The notes under the pieces: generated by a model | Seen by the model: only the letters and a program-made list of their open reading frames with translations | Databases searched by the model: none | Told to the model about the DNA's origin: nothing | Made by a program: the position numbers and the translations under genes | Assembly (NCBI GenBank): GCA_010093815.1 | Contig: ML996590.1 | DNA length: 64,000 nt | DNA from: Pseudovirgaria hyperparasitica | Taxonomy: Eukaryota | Strand: one strand, 5' to 3' | Part shown: positions 53,601 to 64,000 of the stretch, in pieces | Layout: each line of letters starts with the position of its first letter | Numbering within the stretch: the stretch's first letter is position 1

Positions 53601-56600
53601 ATATACTCTATAGCGAAGGTAAGGTTAAGCGTAGACCCGTCTTCGTCCTATTTATGTTTTTTCTATATAACTTATTCTATAGATATAAGTAGGTATAGGA
53701 AGTCGTGGTAGCGGGTACGTAGTTCCCTTACTCTAAGTTCTTCCCTTACTATAGCTAGGCCTCCCTACTATTAGTAGTAGAGGTTAAAGTCTCCTAGAAG
53801 AATATATTACCCTAGTTCCGTAGTACCCTCGAGCATCTCGTCTAGTATAAGTATACGTTATTAGTTATATATATTATATATATATAGAGGGCCTATATCT
53901 ATTTATAGGTATAGTATTATCCTAAGGTTATCGCGCTCGGTATACGACTATAATAAGAGTAGTATTAACCTATAAATATAGAAGAGGACTCGTCTTTCTA
54001 GTTCTAGAGGGTATATAGTATAGTATCCGGGGTGTATAGTTAGTTTACTCGTCTAGTAGTATTTATAGAGTTCCTAGATAGCAAGTATTATAGCCCCAGT
54101 CTCTTCGAGAAGCGTCGCCTAGTTCTCTCTTTTATATTATATATTTATCTATATAATTCGGAGTATATTCTAGTCCCTTATTAGGTACTAGAGAGTATAT
54201 ATACCTATATACTTATTCCTTAGAGGCGCGACTATCCTTACACGGTAGCGGCTTTAACTATACCTTTTAGTTATCCTATTATCTTTAGAATAGTCTACTA
54301 TTCTACCTAACTACCTTCCGGAGGGAAGGTTAGAGGTATTATAAAGGAAGGGCCTATAGTAGGTATTATATTCTATAACTATCTCACGCCTCTCGCTTTT
54401 ATCGTACGAATATATTCTATAACCTATTTACGTTTTATATATGTTAACGACTATAATAGGTATTTCCCGTCGTAGTTTAAATACTATACTATATCTCTAT
54501 TTCTTAGTCCGTCTTCTCGCGGTTTATAAGGGCACTCCTAGGTAGCGTGGTCTCTATAGTACTATCCGTACTTAGTCTTCTATAAGTACCTTTATATAGT
54601 ATATCTATACCCTTAATAGTTAAAGCACTATATTATTATCTATACCCTATTCTATGGCTCGGCTATAAGGAGCTCTCCTTCTACTAGGAATCCCTCCTAT
54701 ATAATATATTATACGAGGGCGGGGTCTTAGAGCTCTATAATTATAGTAGAGTATTTTTTCGCCGTTATCTTAATCGCCTATAGGTTCTTCTACCACGCTT
54801 TTACGATCTTAATCCCTAGGTATTTTCGCGTGTTAGATTATTCTATACGTATAATATCCTCCGCTCCAATAGCCTATCCCTACATAGGTACTATATATAC
54901 TATAATCGGGTATATAGCTACTCTAATAGACGCGCTAGGGAAGATACTATCTATCGCGTTCGGATCTTATAAGATGTTTTACTACGTAGTATTTATTATA
55001 GTAGTAAGTACTACCCTACCTAGCATAACTTTAGTAGCCACGACGCTTAACTATATTCCTTTCTATTTATTAATCTTATTTATAATTTCCTTTAGAGATA
55101 CCTATTAGACCTACGCCAGCGTGTTCTTATCCTAGATTATAATATATATACTATATACTCTATCTATGGTCCTAGTAGTCCTTAGTACGGTAGCTCCGGG
55201 TATTACTATAATCTAAGTCTATATATTAGGGCGCTTATCTTAGAATAGCTCTTCCTAGATTCTCCGTAGACTAGCTTCTATTTAGTCGAGTCTACTACTA
55301 GGTTTCTCTTATAGCGACTTTCTTTCTTCCTCCGTGATTCCTCTTAGATTCTAGATAAGGTCCCGGAATATATAAAGGAGGGTCTTCTTTCCCTCCTTAG
55401 CGTCCCTCTCTATATATATTATCTAGTATTTAATTTTATCTAGGAGGGTCTCCCCTCTTAGGGTCCCCTTAGTCTAGATTATCTATAGCGCTTCGCACCC
55501 TTAGTTAGTTCCTATATTTTAGATAGGTATCTAGCTATCTATATTAATATCGCTATATAGCCGTTTCTACCGTACTAGTAGGGGTATATCTAGCGTCTAC
55601 CGGGGTATTATAATGCCTAAGGCCGCTATGGTTATTAGTTAAGGGTAGCCCTTAACTAATAAAAGAGGGTCGGCGTGTTAGTATTTATTAGATATAGTCT
55701 ATACTCGTATTATTAAAGAGTCTTTAAGTATATATATATAGTGTCTCTATACGTCGGTATCATCGCGTATTATATGCTATATATACGCACGTATATCGGA
55801 GGTTATTATACTCGGTATACTCTATCGTTTAATATATGTAAATCGCTATTTTACCCCGAATTAACTAGTTTAGTCCGTTAGGGTGTAAGAAGTTTTATAT
55901 AGAACTATATATCTTTAGTATAGAAACCTCTAGATTAGAGTTATCTTTACTAACTTTATAGCTCTTTAGTATATATAAGAATAGAATCTTAGTCTTTTCT
56001 TTAGATTTTTTCTTAGGAATTTTAATATTACTAGTATATAGAAAGAAGTCTAAAGTAGTAGAGATCTTAGTACTATTATAGAGATTAATATATATTAGTA
56101 AGAATCTATAATAACTTAAGAAAAATAATATTATCTAGTAATTACGGTAATTATAGCTAAAGTAGCTTTAGCTAGATTAGTATAAATCTCTATAGAATTA
56201 TACTCCTAGCTATAAAATATACTATATTTATATAATTTATAGAAAGATATTTCTAAAGAATTCTAATTATTAGTACTATACTTCTTATTAGTAGTATTTA
56301 GATATTATCTAATATTAATCTATATAAATATAAGTAAATCTATATAAAGCTTCTTAAACTTATTTAAATACCTATAAATAATAGTACTTCTTAGTTATAT
56401 AAGTACTATAAGTTATAGAATTAGTACTACTATATATATATACTAATAGAAAGTAATAACTATAATAATATATAATTAGATTATTAGAGCCCGGCCTAGG
56501 TTAGAGTAGATTAATAGCTTTTATTATATTATTAATATAGATAAGATAAGAATTATTTAAAGGTATCTATTTACTAATTACTTCTAAGTATTAAGATTTT

Positions 56601-57324
56601 AGAAAACTATATTATAATTATTACTAATTTATATAGATTATTATAGATTATTATTATTACTAGCTATATATAGTATAAAAATTAGTAAATTATATAAATT
56701 ATACTAAACTATAGTAAATTTATATAAATCTATATCTATAAGAATTAGATAATATATCTAATAATCTAAAAAACTCTATAATAAGTTATAAAGTTTTTTA
56801 AGAAAAGAAATATTTCTAAGAAAAGATTTTAATATCGATAGTATCTAGACTTATCTAATTATATTATATAATATACTAGCTCTAATTAGATAATTCTATC
56901 TATATAAGAATTTAGAATAGATAAAATCTAGTTTATTAGAAAAATACTTATATAATTCTTAGATTAGCTAGTATCTATATATATCTAAGATAAAGTATAG
57001 TAAATAACTAAGATCTTATAAGACTTAGAATAGAGAATATAGAGATAGATAATAATCTAGATTACTAAGGGTAGCTTTCTAAAGAAAGAGGATAATTATT
57101 AGAACTTAGTCTTAGATATAATCTAATTTATATATACCTTAGCTAATATAGTTAGAAGATAGTATAAAGGGTAGTAAATAGTTATATACTAGATAGATTA
57201 GTATCTCTTTATATATATACTCTTAGATTTCTACTAAAAGGGTTTAGTAGTAATTTTTTCTATAATAGAATATACTCTATTATTCTATCTAACTATACTA
57301 CTATCTAATAACTCTATTCTTATA
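44659..57324 (+). mobile_element. Chromovirus-type Ty3/gypsy element, family C, heavily RIPed, with L3 inserted
   Basis: 228-bp LTRs 44659-44886 and 57097-57324; TSD AATAA; PPT AAAGAAAGAGGA; RT 'IVYLNNILIYS' (=YLDD) ~47352; RNase H and integrase motifs; chromodomain relic Y(E)V(E).I....YKI.(W)KGY....DT(WE)P ~49685-49800. Confidence 0.9.
50617..55896 (-). mobile_element. Tad1-like LINE copy L3, full length, RIP-inactivated
   Basis: (AAT)n tail 50617-50633, ORF1/ORF2 collinear with L1, TSD TATAGAACTATA at 50605-50616 and 55898-55909. Confidence 0.92.
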
Positions 57325-58320
57325 AATAAAGTATTATATCTACTATAGATAATTATATAGCTCTAAAGAATAATTACTAAATTTAGTCTAGCTAGAGTTA
57401 GTACTAAGATATAGATCTATTAGATATATACTCTCTCTAGTATTAGTTATCTTAATTAATAACTAATATCTAGTATAAAGCTATATTTCTATAGATAGAA
57501 AAAACCCGGGAGTATAGAAATAATAGACTAGGTCTAGTCTAGTAACCTATCTAATTATAGAAGAGATAATATCTACTATAGTTAGTTAGAGTATTATTAA
57601 GAGCTAGTACTAATATAGTAGTAAAAAGTCTAATATAAGAATAAGAAGTAAGTTTATTATCTAATAGAATTTAAGAACTTAGACTAGACTAGGTTAGATT
57701 AGTAATAGAGTCTAGTTAGAGAGCTAATTATAGAAGGTTTTCTTATATATATAGTAGCTTAGACTAGAGAAGGTCTATATCTATAGAATATATATATAGC
57801 TATATATATAGTTCTTTCTAGTTAAATACTAATATTATTATTATTATTATTATAGATCTATAGATATACTCTATAGCTATATACTTAAGAAGATATAAAG
57901 ACTTAATAAGATATAGTTATAGAGAGAAGAGAGTTTTCTCTCTTAGATTTCTTCTTATATAGTAGCTTAGACTAGAGAAGATATATATCTATAGAGTACT
58001 ACTCTATCTAGTTATATAATAATAATAATATTATTATTATACTTTAAGCTTTAAAGATAACTCTCTTAGTATAGAAAAAAATATAGATATAGATAGATAT
58101 ATAATATTTATAGAGTAGAAATATATATCTAAATAGAGTTATATAATAGAATCTAGCTATAATAGACTATTATATAATAAATAGAATAATAGAGTATAGA
58201 TTAAAGATAATAAGAATATAGTATAATTCTTAAAATAAAGACTAGATAGAGAGAGAACTAAATATATAGAGACTATTTCTTATATATTTCTTCTTATATA
58301 CTATAGAGCTTTCTTTTTAT

Positions 58321-58341
58321 TATTAATAGAAATCTTCTAGA

Positions 58342-58372
<31 letters not shown>

Positions 58373-58652
58373 TCTATAGCTTATATAGTTTTCTAAGAAT
58401 AAAATAGAATAGAGTAGAATTCTATAAATTCTATAAATTCTATAATAGAATCTAATAGAATTCTATAGAAGTTTATATTTTTAAAGATATCTAGAAGTTT
58501 CTAGAGAGTTCTAGAAACTTCTATAAGAGTATAGAGTATTTATATATATAAGTAGATATTATTAGTAGAGTTAATTACTAATATTAAGCTATTTCTAATA
58601 AGAAAATTACCTTATAGAAATTTATTAGATATAGTAGAGGTTAGGTTTATAA
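58321..58652 (+). repeat. Probable LTR, family D, forming the right edge of the RIP block
   Basis: Repeat of 41450-41753; left boundary approximate. Confidence 0.6.
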
Positions 58653-60535
58653 AATATTCCTAGGCTCGTTCTTGAATATCGTTCGAAAGAACTTCTTAGG
58701 TAGATCCGCTATAGCATCCGAAGCCTGAAAGAACACCGGATGCCTCGCCCAGAAACTCCTGTTCCTTTTGCCCAATACATATATTGGAATCGTCAGAGCG
58801 CAAACCGCAATTTGAACTCCACCAATAATGCGGAAGACTTTCCAAATCCCCTCCTGCCCACTTTGAACGAGCCAGTTGTATGAGTCGTAGGTCAAACCGA
58901 AGGAGAATATGTTCTTGAACACCAATAGACATGTAAATGCTTCGATGGCGATATCACGATGCGCATCGACAATGTATAACGATGATGATACCGCACCAAA
59001 AACCATACCGGCGACCTGCATGCCGAAGAAGAAACAGGATGGGAACCACCCGTACCGGAATGTGTTGTTGCTAGTCCAGCCAAAGCAGAGCAATCCAACG
59101 ACCCCACAAACCGTCTGTGGAATGACAAGTACCATGCGAAATTCGGGCTCGTAAACACCCCGGTTCCATTTGGTCATGAGCTTCACGCTATAGTCTGCCA
59201 GGATACCGGAGAAGAAGAATCCGACCACGGCTCCTATGAAAGCCCCGGCGTAGAGATATCCAGTCTCAACTTCATCAAAATATAGCGGTGGGCCAAGCAT
59301 GATTGCTGCTAGTACCACCCCGATCATGACAGTCCAGCCAATCATTACCCCTTGAATGAGGTAGGCCCAGGCAACGCCAGGATGGAAGAACAGCGGAAAT
59401 GGTCGCAGAAGCAAGCGTAGATATCCTTCATTTGTCTTCCGTCCATTGAAGGGCGTGAGAGACCGCCAGTATGTACGTTCGACTGGTGCAGCGGATGCGC
59501 TCTCATGACGATGCCCCGCTATACTGTCATTACCATTGCCATCGTTAGGAATGTTAAGCGTCTTGTTTGTGGACACATAGGACGTAGGATCCTGATTCCG
59601 ATGATCTTCGCTAGCTCCTATATCGGTATTCAAGTTATCGTCTCTGCGATATGACGTCTCAGGAAGGAAGAAGATGACCACTGGGAACAATGCACCGCAG
59701 AGGATCGCGACAAAGTAGAAAGGCCAATCCCATCCCAACGTTGCAGTCATCTTCCCCACGATTATCGGAGTACAGAATGCACCCCCGAAGAGTGCGAGGT
59801 TGGTGACAGCCATACGCAACCCGCGCTCGTGCACGAAATAAAGATCTCCAACGCTAGCATTAACCAATGCCTCGAACGGTGCGAGGCCAACTCCTTGGAA
59901 CACTCTTGCCCAGGTCAGACTGGTGTAATAGGTGCCGTCATAACAGAATTGGTCATTCCCTTGCCCGCCACAGTTTTTTGTACTACCAGCCCACGCAGAG
60001 CTGAATATAAGGCAAATGGTACCGATGATGTAGCAGTGGCGCTTGCCCCAGACACGAGCGGAGGGAACGAAGAGGAAACCGGCGATACCAACCCCTAAAA
60101 GATGATATCCCGTGAGAAGAGCCACGTCAGTGAAAGTGCGCCCGAAGTAAAGAGATAGTGTTAAAGTGTTCGCTGCGAGAAGAGACGACAAAGTCGATGC
60201 GATGACCGCGAGGAGAGAGAGTGTAAGAAGGTATACGTCGCGCTTCCAAAGAGGCCAATTCTACGACTCGTAAGCTTAATTATATTTCATAATCGTAGAT
60301 TAATGTTTTACCAGCGGGTCGTTGTGATCATCTGAAGGTTGTGGAACGAGTATGATAGTCCCGGTTTTGTCGTACTTCAACTTAGTATCTGGTTCGGTCG
60401 CCGATGTCTCTGAAGTCTGAGTAAGATTTACCGTTCCTATTACGATAAGCGTCAGTCGAGTTTCACGACAGCGGTAGAGAAGATTCTACCTGGTACGTGA
60501 GCGAGATGTTCATCTTCTAGGATACCAAGGCCCAT
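58647..60535 (-). CDS. Major facilitator superfamily transporter (DHA1/HOL1-like), 3 exons, ~594 aa
   Basis: Exons 60535-60490, 60436-60312 and 60260-58647, with GT-AG introns of 53 and 51 nt. Spliced N-terminus MGLGILEDEHLAHVPGTV...IILVPQPSDDHNDPLNWPLWKRD, motifs DLYFVHERG, FLPETSY and YEPEFRM, and about 12 hydrophobic segments. Confidence 0.92.
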
Positions 60536-60783
60536 CGTTACTCGGATAATATGTCCAGTAGCCGGTTCACAGGTCGGAGGGACACTCGCCAAACGTCGTG
60601 GTATCTGTTATATGACGGTCGATCTTATACGCGTGTCGAATCGCGAGAGATAATAGAGATATCTATATAAATACTAAAGTAATTAGGGCCATAGAAAGAA
60701 GAGTCTTAATTAGCTAGTCTCTCTCTCTAAATCTAATAAAACTAGACTTCTAATAGTACTTATAAAGTAATAATCTTTAATAT

Positions 60784-60786
<3 letters not shown>

Positions 60787-60880
<94 letters not shown>

Positions 60881-60890
60881 NNNNNNNNNN

Positions 60891-60985
<95 letters not shown>
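60787..60985. repeat. Long (ATT)n microsatellite spanning a 10-N gap, preceded by a short RIP-like AT-rich relic (~60655-60786)
   Basis: Direct reading of the sequence. Confidence 0.9.
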
Positions 60986-60986
<1 letters not shown>

Positions 60987-62585
60987 AAAACGCGGGCGGC
61001 AAAATTGCATCAGGAAATGGCGGTCGTTGTTCTAGGTTAAGCGTCCTCGCTTTGTCCGTTACGCTACGCCTGATCGGGCCGCTGCTCTGTTTTATATAAA
61101 CTCGACCGTAGGCCGCCCGTCCTGCTCGATTCCCTCTCTTCTTCAACCACCCCCCATCGCTCCTGATCTTCCCTACTATTTCCCGTTTCTATTATCCAGA
61201 CATTGTGCATAGTCGTGCCCTAACTACACAGCCCCGCGGATATGCCGCTGCACCCGCCCGTCTTTTCTGCTGGACTGACATTGTTTATTGCGCCTGAGCG
61301 CTGCCTGGTACGGCTGCCCTGACCTGCTTCTCCAATCTATCTTATCTCATACTAACTGTACCGGTAGACACGACACGTCGACTACAGATCTGTACCTCGC
61401 TTTCAGCTTCCATAGCAATGGTCTCATGGTAATGCAGCGGTGCTCCCTCTCCCTGTTCCCACTCGACACGGAGACCAGATATCTGGCTAGACGTAACGAC
61501 GCCCGAGATTACGCGCACATCGAGCTCAGACTAGGCGTCCGCGACCAAACCTAGCTAAATCCCTCACGTGCATCGAACTGTATCGGTCCTACATTTGGAC
61601 GCCGCACGAATGGCCTCGGCCCCAAACCCCCTCGGAACACTGCAGTGCGCCCCCAAGTCATCTCCTGGTCAGTACTGTCCTTCTCGAGCAGTGTGAAGGG
61701 AGCTCATTGCACTTGCCGTGTGCATCGGCGCTGTGATTCAGGCCTCTCGCGCTTTCCATTGGGCCTGCCCCGTGGCTGTGCAATAGGAAGCTATAGGACA
61801 ACGTGGCCACGACTCCTGAGAAGGGGCTGGCGTACCTCTCATCTGTCCTCTATGTTTCAGGCAGCCCGGTGACTGTAACGCTGCACTGCAACGAGCATGA
61901 GGCGCGACAGTGAAGGCACTGCAGGAGGCACGCTTATGCTAGCACTGTTCCATGATTGTGGCCGTCCCCAACACCGGCACGAACTACATTTGAAAAGTCA
62001 TGTAGCTCCCAAGATAGCAATCATTAAGGACTTGTTGGTGGCGTGTGATATAATCACGTCTAGATGCGGCGTTGCTGGTATACTGAAAGCTGGACTCGTG
62101 CCGGACATACATGCAGGCATGGAGTCTGTCTCGTGTGTCGCATAATCGTCAAGGGGCTTTCCTAGCAAAGTATCGCTGTCTGGTTTCCTCAGCTGATATG
62201 CGACTGAAACCCCGCTAAAGATCCAAGAGAGCAGATTGGGAATGCTTGCTCGCTCGATGTGATGGATCTATTGGCTAGCAATGCAGTATTGCCTCTACAT
62301 GACACGGCTTCCGGACCGGCGCGTGAGAAGCATCCCTCCAGAGTCCGCCTGTCGACACAGCCACTTCCAATAGTCTGCGGCATTAATGGCATCAATTTAG
62401 GGCATCGCGATCGACACGCCGATTTGCGTTCTTAGGTGGAAGCGATGTGGTAACGTATCGTTGCATTGTCCACGCTTCTGTTCTGGACGGGCCTTGAGGG
62501 AGTCAATCACAGGGCGGCAGTATCGTCTGGCGAGCATTTAAGAACCGCAAGGTCCCCTTCAGTATACCGAGCATTTCCTTCTAAC

Positions 62586-64000
62586 ATGGCTAACTCGGGT
62601 ATATTCAATGCGTCCTCGTCTAACCCTTATTCTTTCCAATTCGTACCTTACTCTGGACCACCTTCAGCCAAGCCGCGAAAGGTAGCAATGACGCGTGACA
62701 ATAATAATCCTACACGCAGAGCCCGATCCGTCATTAGTCCTGCATCCGGCCATGCCGTGTCCCCATTGCAAGGATCGGTCCATGTGGGCGAAGTGGCGTC
62801 GCAGTCGGTCACTGGCGTTTTCGATTCCTTGCAGTCCGGTACAGTGTGCTTCACATTTGAAGGAAGCGTCGAAAGCGATACAGTGCACACGACTCAATAT
62901 GGCCTTCAGGCTAACGCTTCTCGTAGATCCTGTGCACAGAAATCATGACCCACCCGAACCTCCATCAAGCCCAATACATCCAGAGCAGAAGGGGGCGGTC
63001 GAGGCTTCTGATACATATGAACCTGATAGCGGCCATGGTATGTATCATAATCCGTCAAACTTTCATGATTTCATTGACTGTAGCAGTTGCTCCTTACAGT
63101 GGAAATTGCGTCACGGAACAGCAGTTACACCATGAAGATGAGTGGGTAGATGAAGCAACCCGTACCGAAAACGAGTCTTGCCAGCACGTGAGCGAAAGCC
63201 CTGGTCATACGGCCCTCCCCAGAACTGGCGATAGCCCAGGTGAGTCTTAGTTGCGCCCTCTGTCAAAGGTGCCTAACACTACACTAGATTATCCAATCTC
63301 CATTGGATCCATTAAATCAGACGACTCTCTGTCTCCAGTGGAGGTATTGCTTAAACGGCGACGAAGACATGGACACAGCGTAAGCGTCAGCTCCGATGTG
63401 AGTGGTATCAACAATTTCCCCACGGATCGCGACCTGGCTGGCAGTTCGACAGTAGAGAATAGAGAGCCGAAACGCCTGGCGTCTAACACGGACAATCGAG
63501 CGTCGTCTTCTGACTATACCAAATCGCCCGATCTGACGTGCATTTCTCCACGCCCGGGCGAGACAGCTATTGTGGAGAGTGATGGTTGTGGATATTTTCA
63601 GAGTGAAGTCAACCCAATAGCGTCAAAAGTCGGGAAGGCAGTAGTAGGGGGCGTGAATGTCATACCCGAGACACAAGAAGTGCAAGAGGACGATCCGAAG
63701 AGCTGTCGCTGGCACATCCACGAGACCAACAAACATCTCTACGCGAGTGCTTCAGTGGCAAGGCATACGAAGCGAGTCCGTCAAACGAGCGAAGAGCCTG
63801 GAGTTCGTCCCAAAAAATGTCATCGACCACTAGCACCATTGCCTACAACAAGCTCGCAGCCGACCCCTGGATGTCGGCAACAAGCAGCTTCTCAGCTACA
63901 TCTGCAACACACAGCTGGCTGTAAGGCTATGGAGGAAGAGATTCCAAAGGCCACCGTTACGCGACTTGCTAGGGATTCGAATGTGAATTCGATCTTAGCC
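62586..64000 (+). CDS. Multi-exon hypothetical protein, S/P/E-rich, continuing beyond the window
   Basis: Exons 62586-62838, 62927-63037, 63084-63239 and 63288->end. Three phase-1 GT-AG introns with GCTAAC/ATTGAC/CCTAAC branch sites chain the separate track ORFs into one frame. The last exon is open for >235 codons and contains KRRRR. Confidence 0.7.

Larger units (their letters stand above)
44244..57850 (+). mobile_element. tRNA-derived SINE, copy 2 (44244-44658 + 57330-57850), split by gypsy C
   Basis: Collinear with copy 1; TSD TATAGATCTATAGAT at 44229-44243 and 57851-57865. Confidence 0.75.
43866..58040 (+). mobile_element. 3' fragment of the Tad1-like LINE (L4), split by SINE copy 2
   Basis: 43866-44243 and 57866-58040 together match L1 ~15690-16250, ending in an AAT/ATT tail. 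Confidence 0.75.

Noticed and set aside
10985..55108. Short ORF-track entries inside the AT-rich block
   Set aside because: They are antisense frames or stop-free fragments of RIPed LINE/gypsy ORFs (e.g. 28719-28949 and 33294-33488 are pieces of B gag-pol), not genes.
11205..55662. Palindromic repeat as a CRISPR array
   Set aside because: Copies are dispersed kilobases apart without regular spacers, in a eukaryotic TE context with no cas genes.
41450..58652. A single family-D element spanning both D repeats
   Set aside because: Left end lies in a gap, and no TSD, PPT or pol motifs could be assigned to D.
58696..60098. Small ORFs overlapping the MFS gene
   Set aside because: Alternative-frame or antisense shadows of the transporter CDS.
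60777..61010. Poly-Asn ORF
   Set aside because: Translation of the (ATT)n microsatellite across an N gap.
61288..62395. Short ORFs between the microsatellite and the hypothetical gene
   Set aside because: No recognisable motifs or consistent splice chain; treated as intergenic/UTR.
60986..64000. Starship or other large mobile element boundary
   Set aside because: No tyrosine-recombinase captain motifs or terminal repeats visible in the window.

Overview
Filamentous-ascomycete DNA (inferred from RIP and intron signals). Bases 1-~58650 form an AT-rich block of nested retroelements degraded by repeat-induced point mutation (RIP): CpA/TpG is depleted, TpA is in excess, and Gln/Trp codons have become stops. 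The block resolves into three Ty3/gypsy families (A, B, C) plus a probable fourth LTR (D), five Tad1-like LINE copies with (ATT)n tails, a ~600-bp non-autonomous LTR element (TRIM-like, two full copies and a solo LTR) and a ~0.95-kb tRNA-headed SINE (two copies). Most insertions are bracketed by readable target-site duplications (TSDs). At ~58650 composition switches abruptly to normal GC, with a 3-exon MFS transporter (minus strand) and a multi-exon hypothetical gene that runs off the window. Highlights: (1) full-length gypsy element B carries a ~975-codon extra ORF with an HxD...H...R 2-oxoglutarate/Fe(II)-dioxygenase-like motif set; (2) one ~31-bp palindrome recurs about 13 times across unrelated LINE and gypsy elements, including in-frame inside gag-pol; (3) the SINE shares its 3' end with the LINE; (4) the TRIM appears self-priming. 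All protein motifs in the RIP block were read by eye with manual de-RIP. No database searches were possible.
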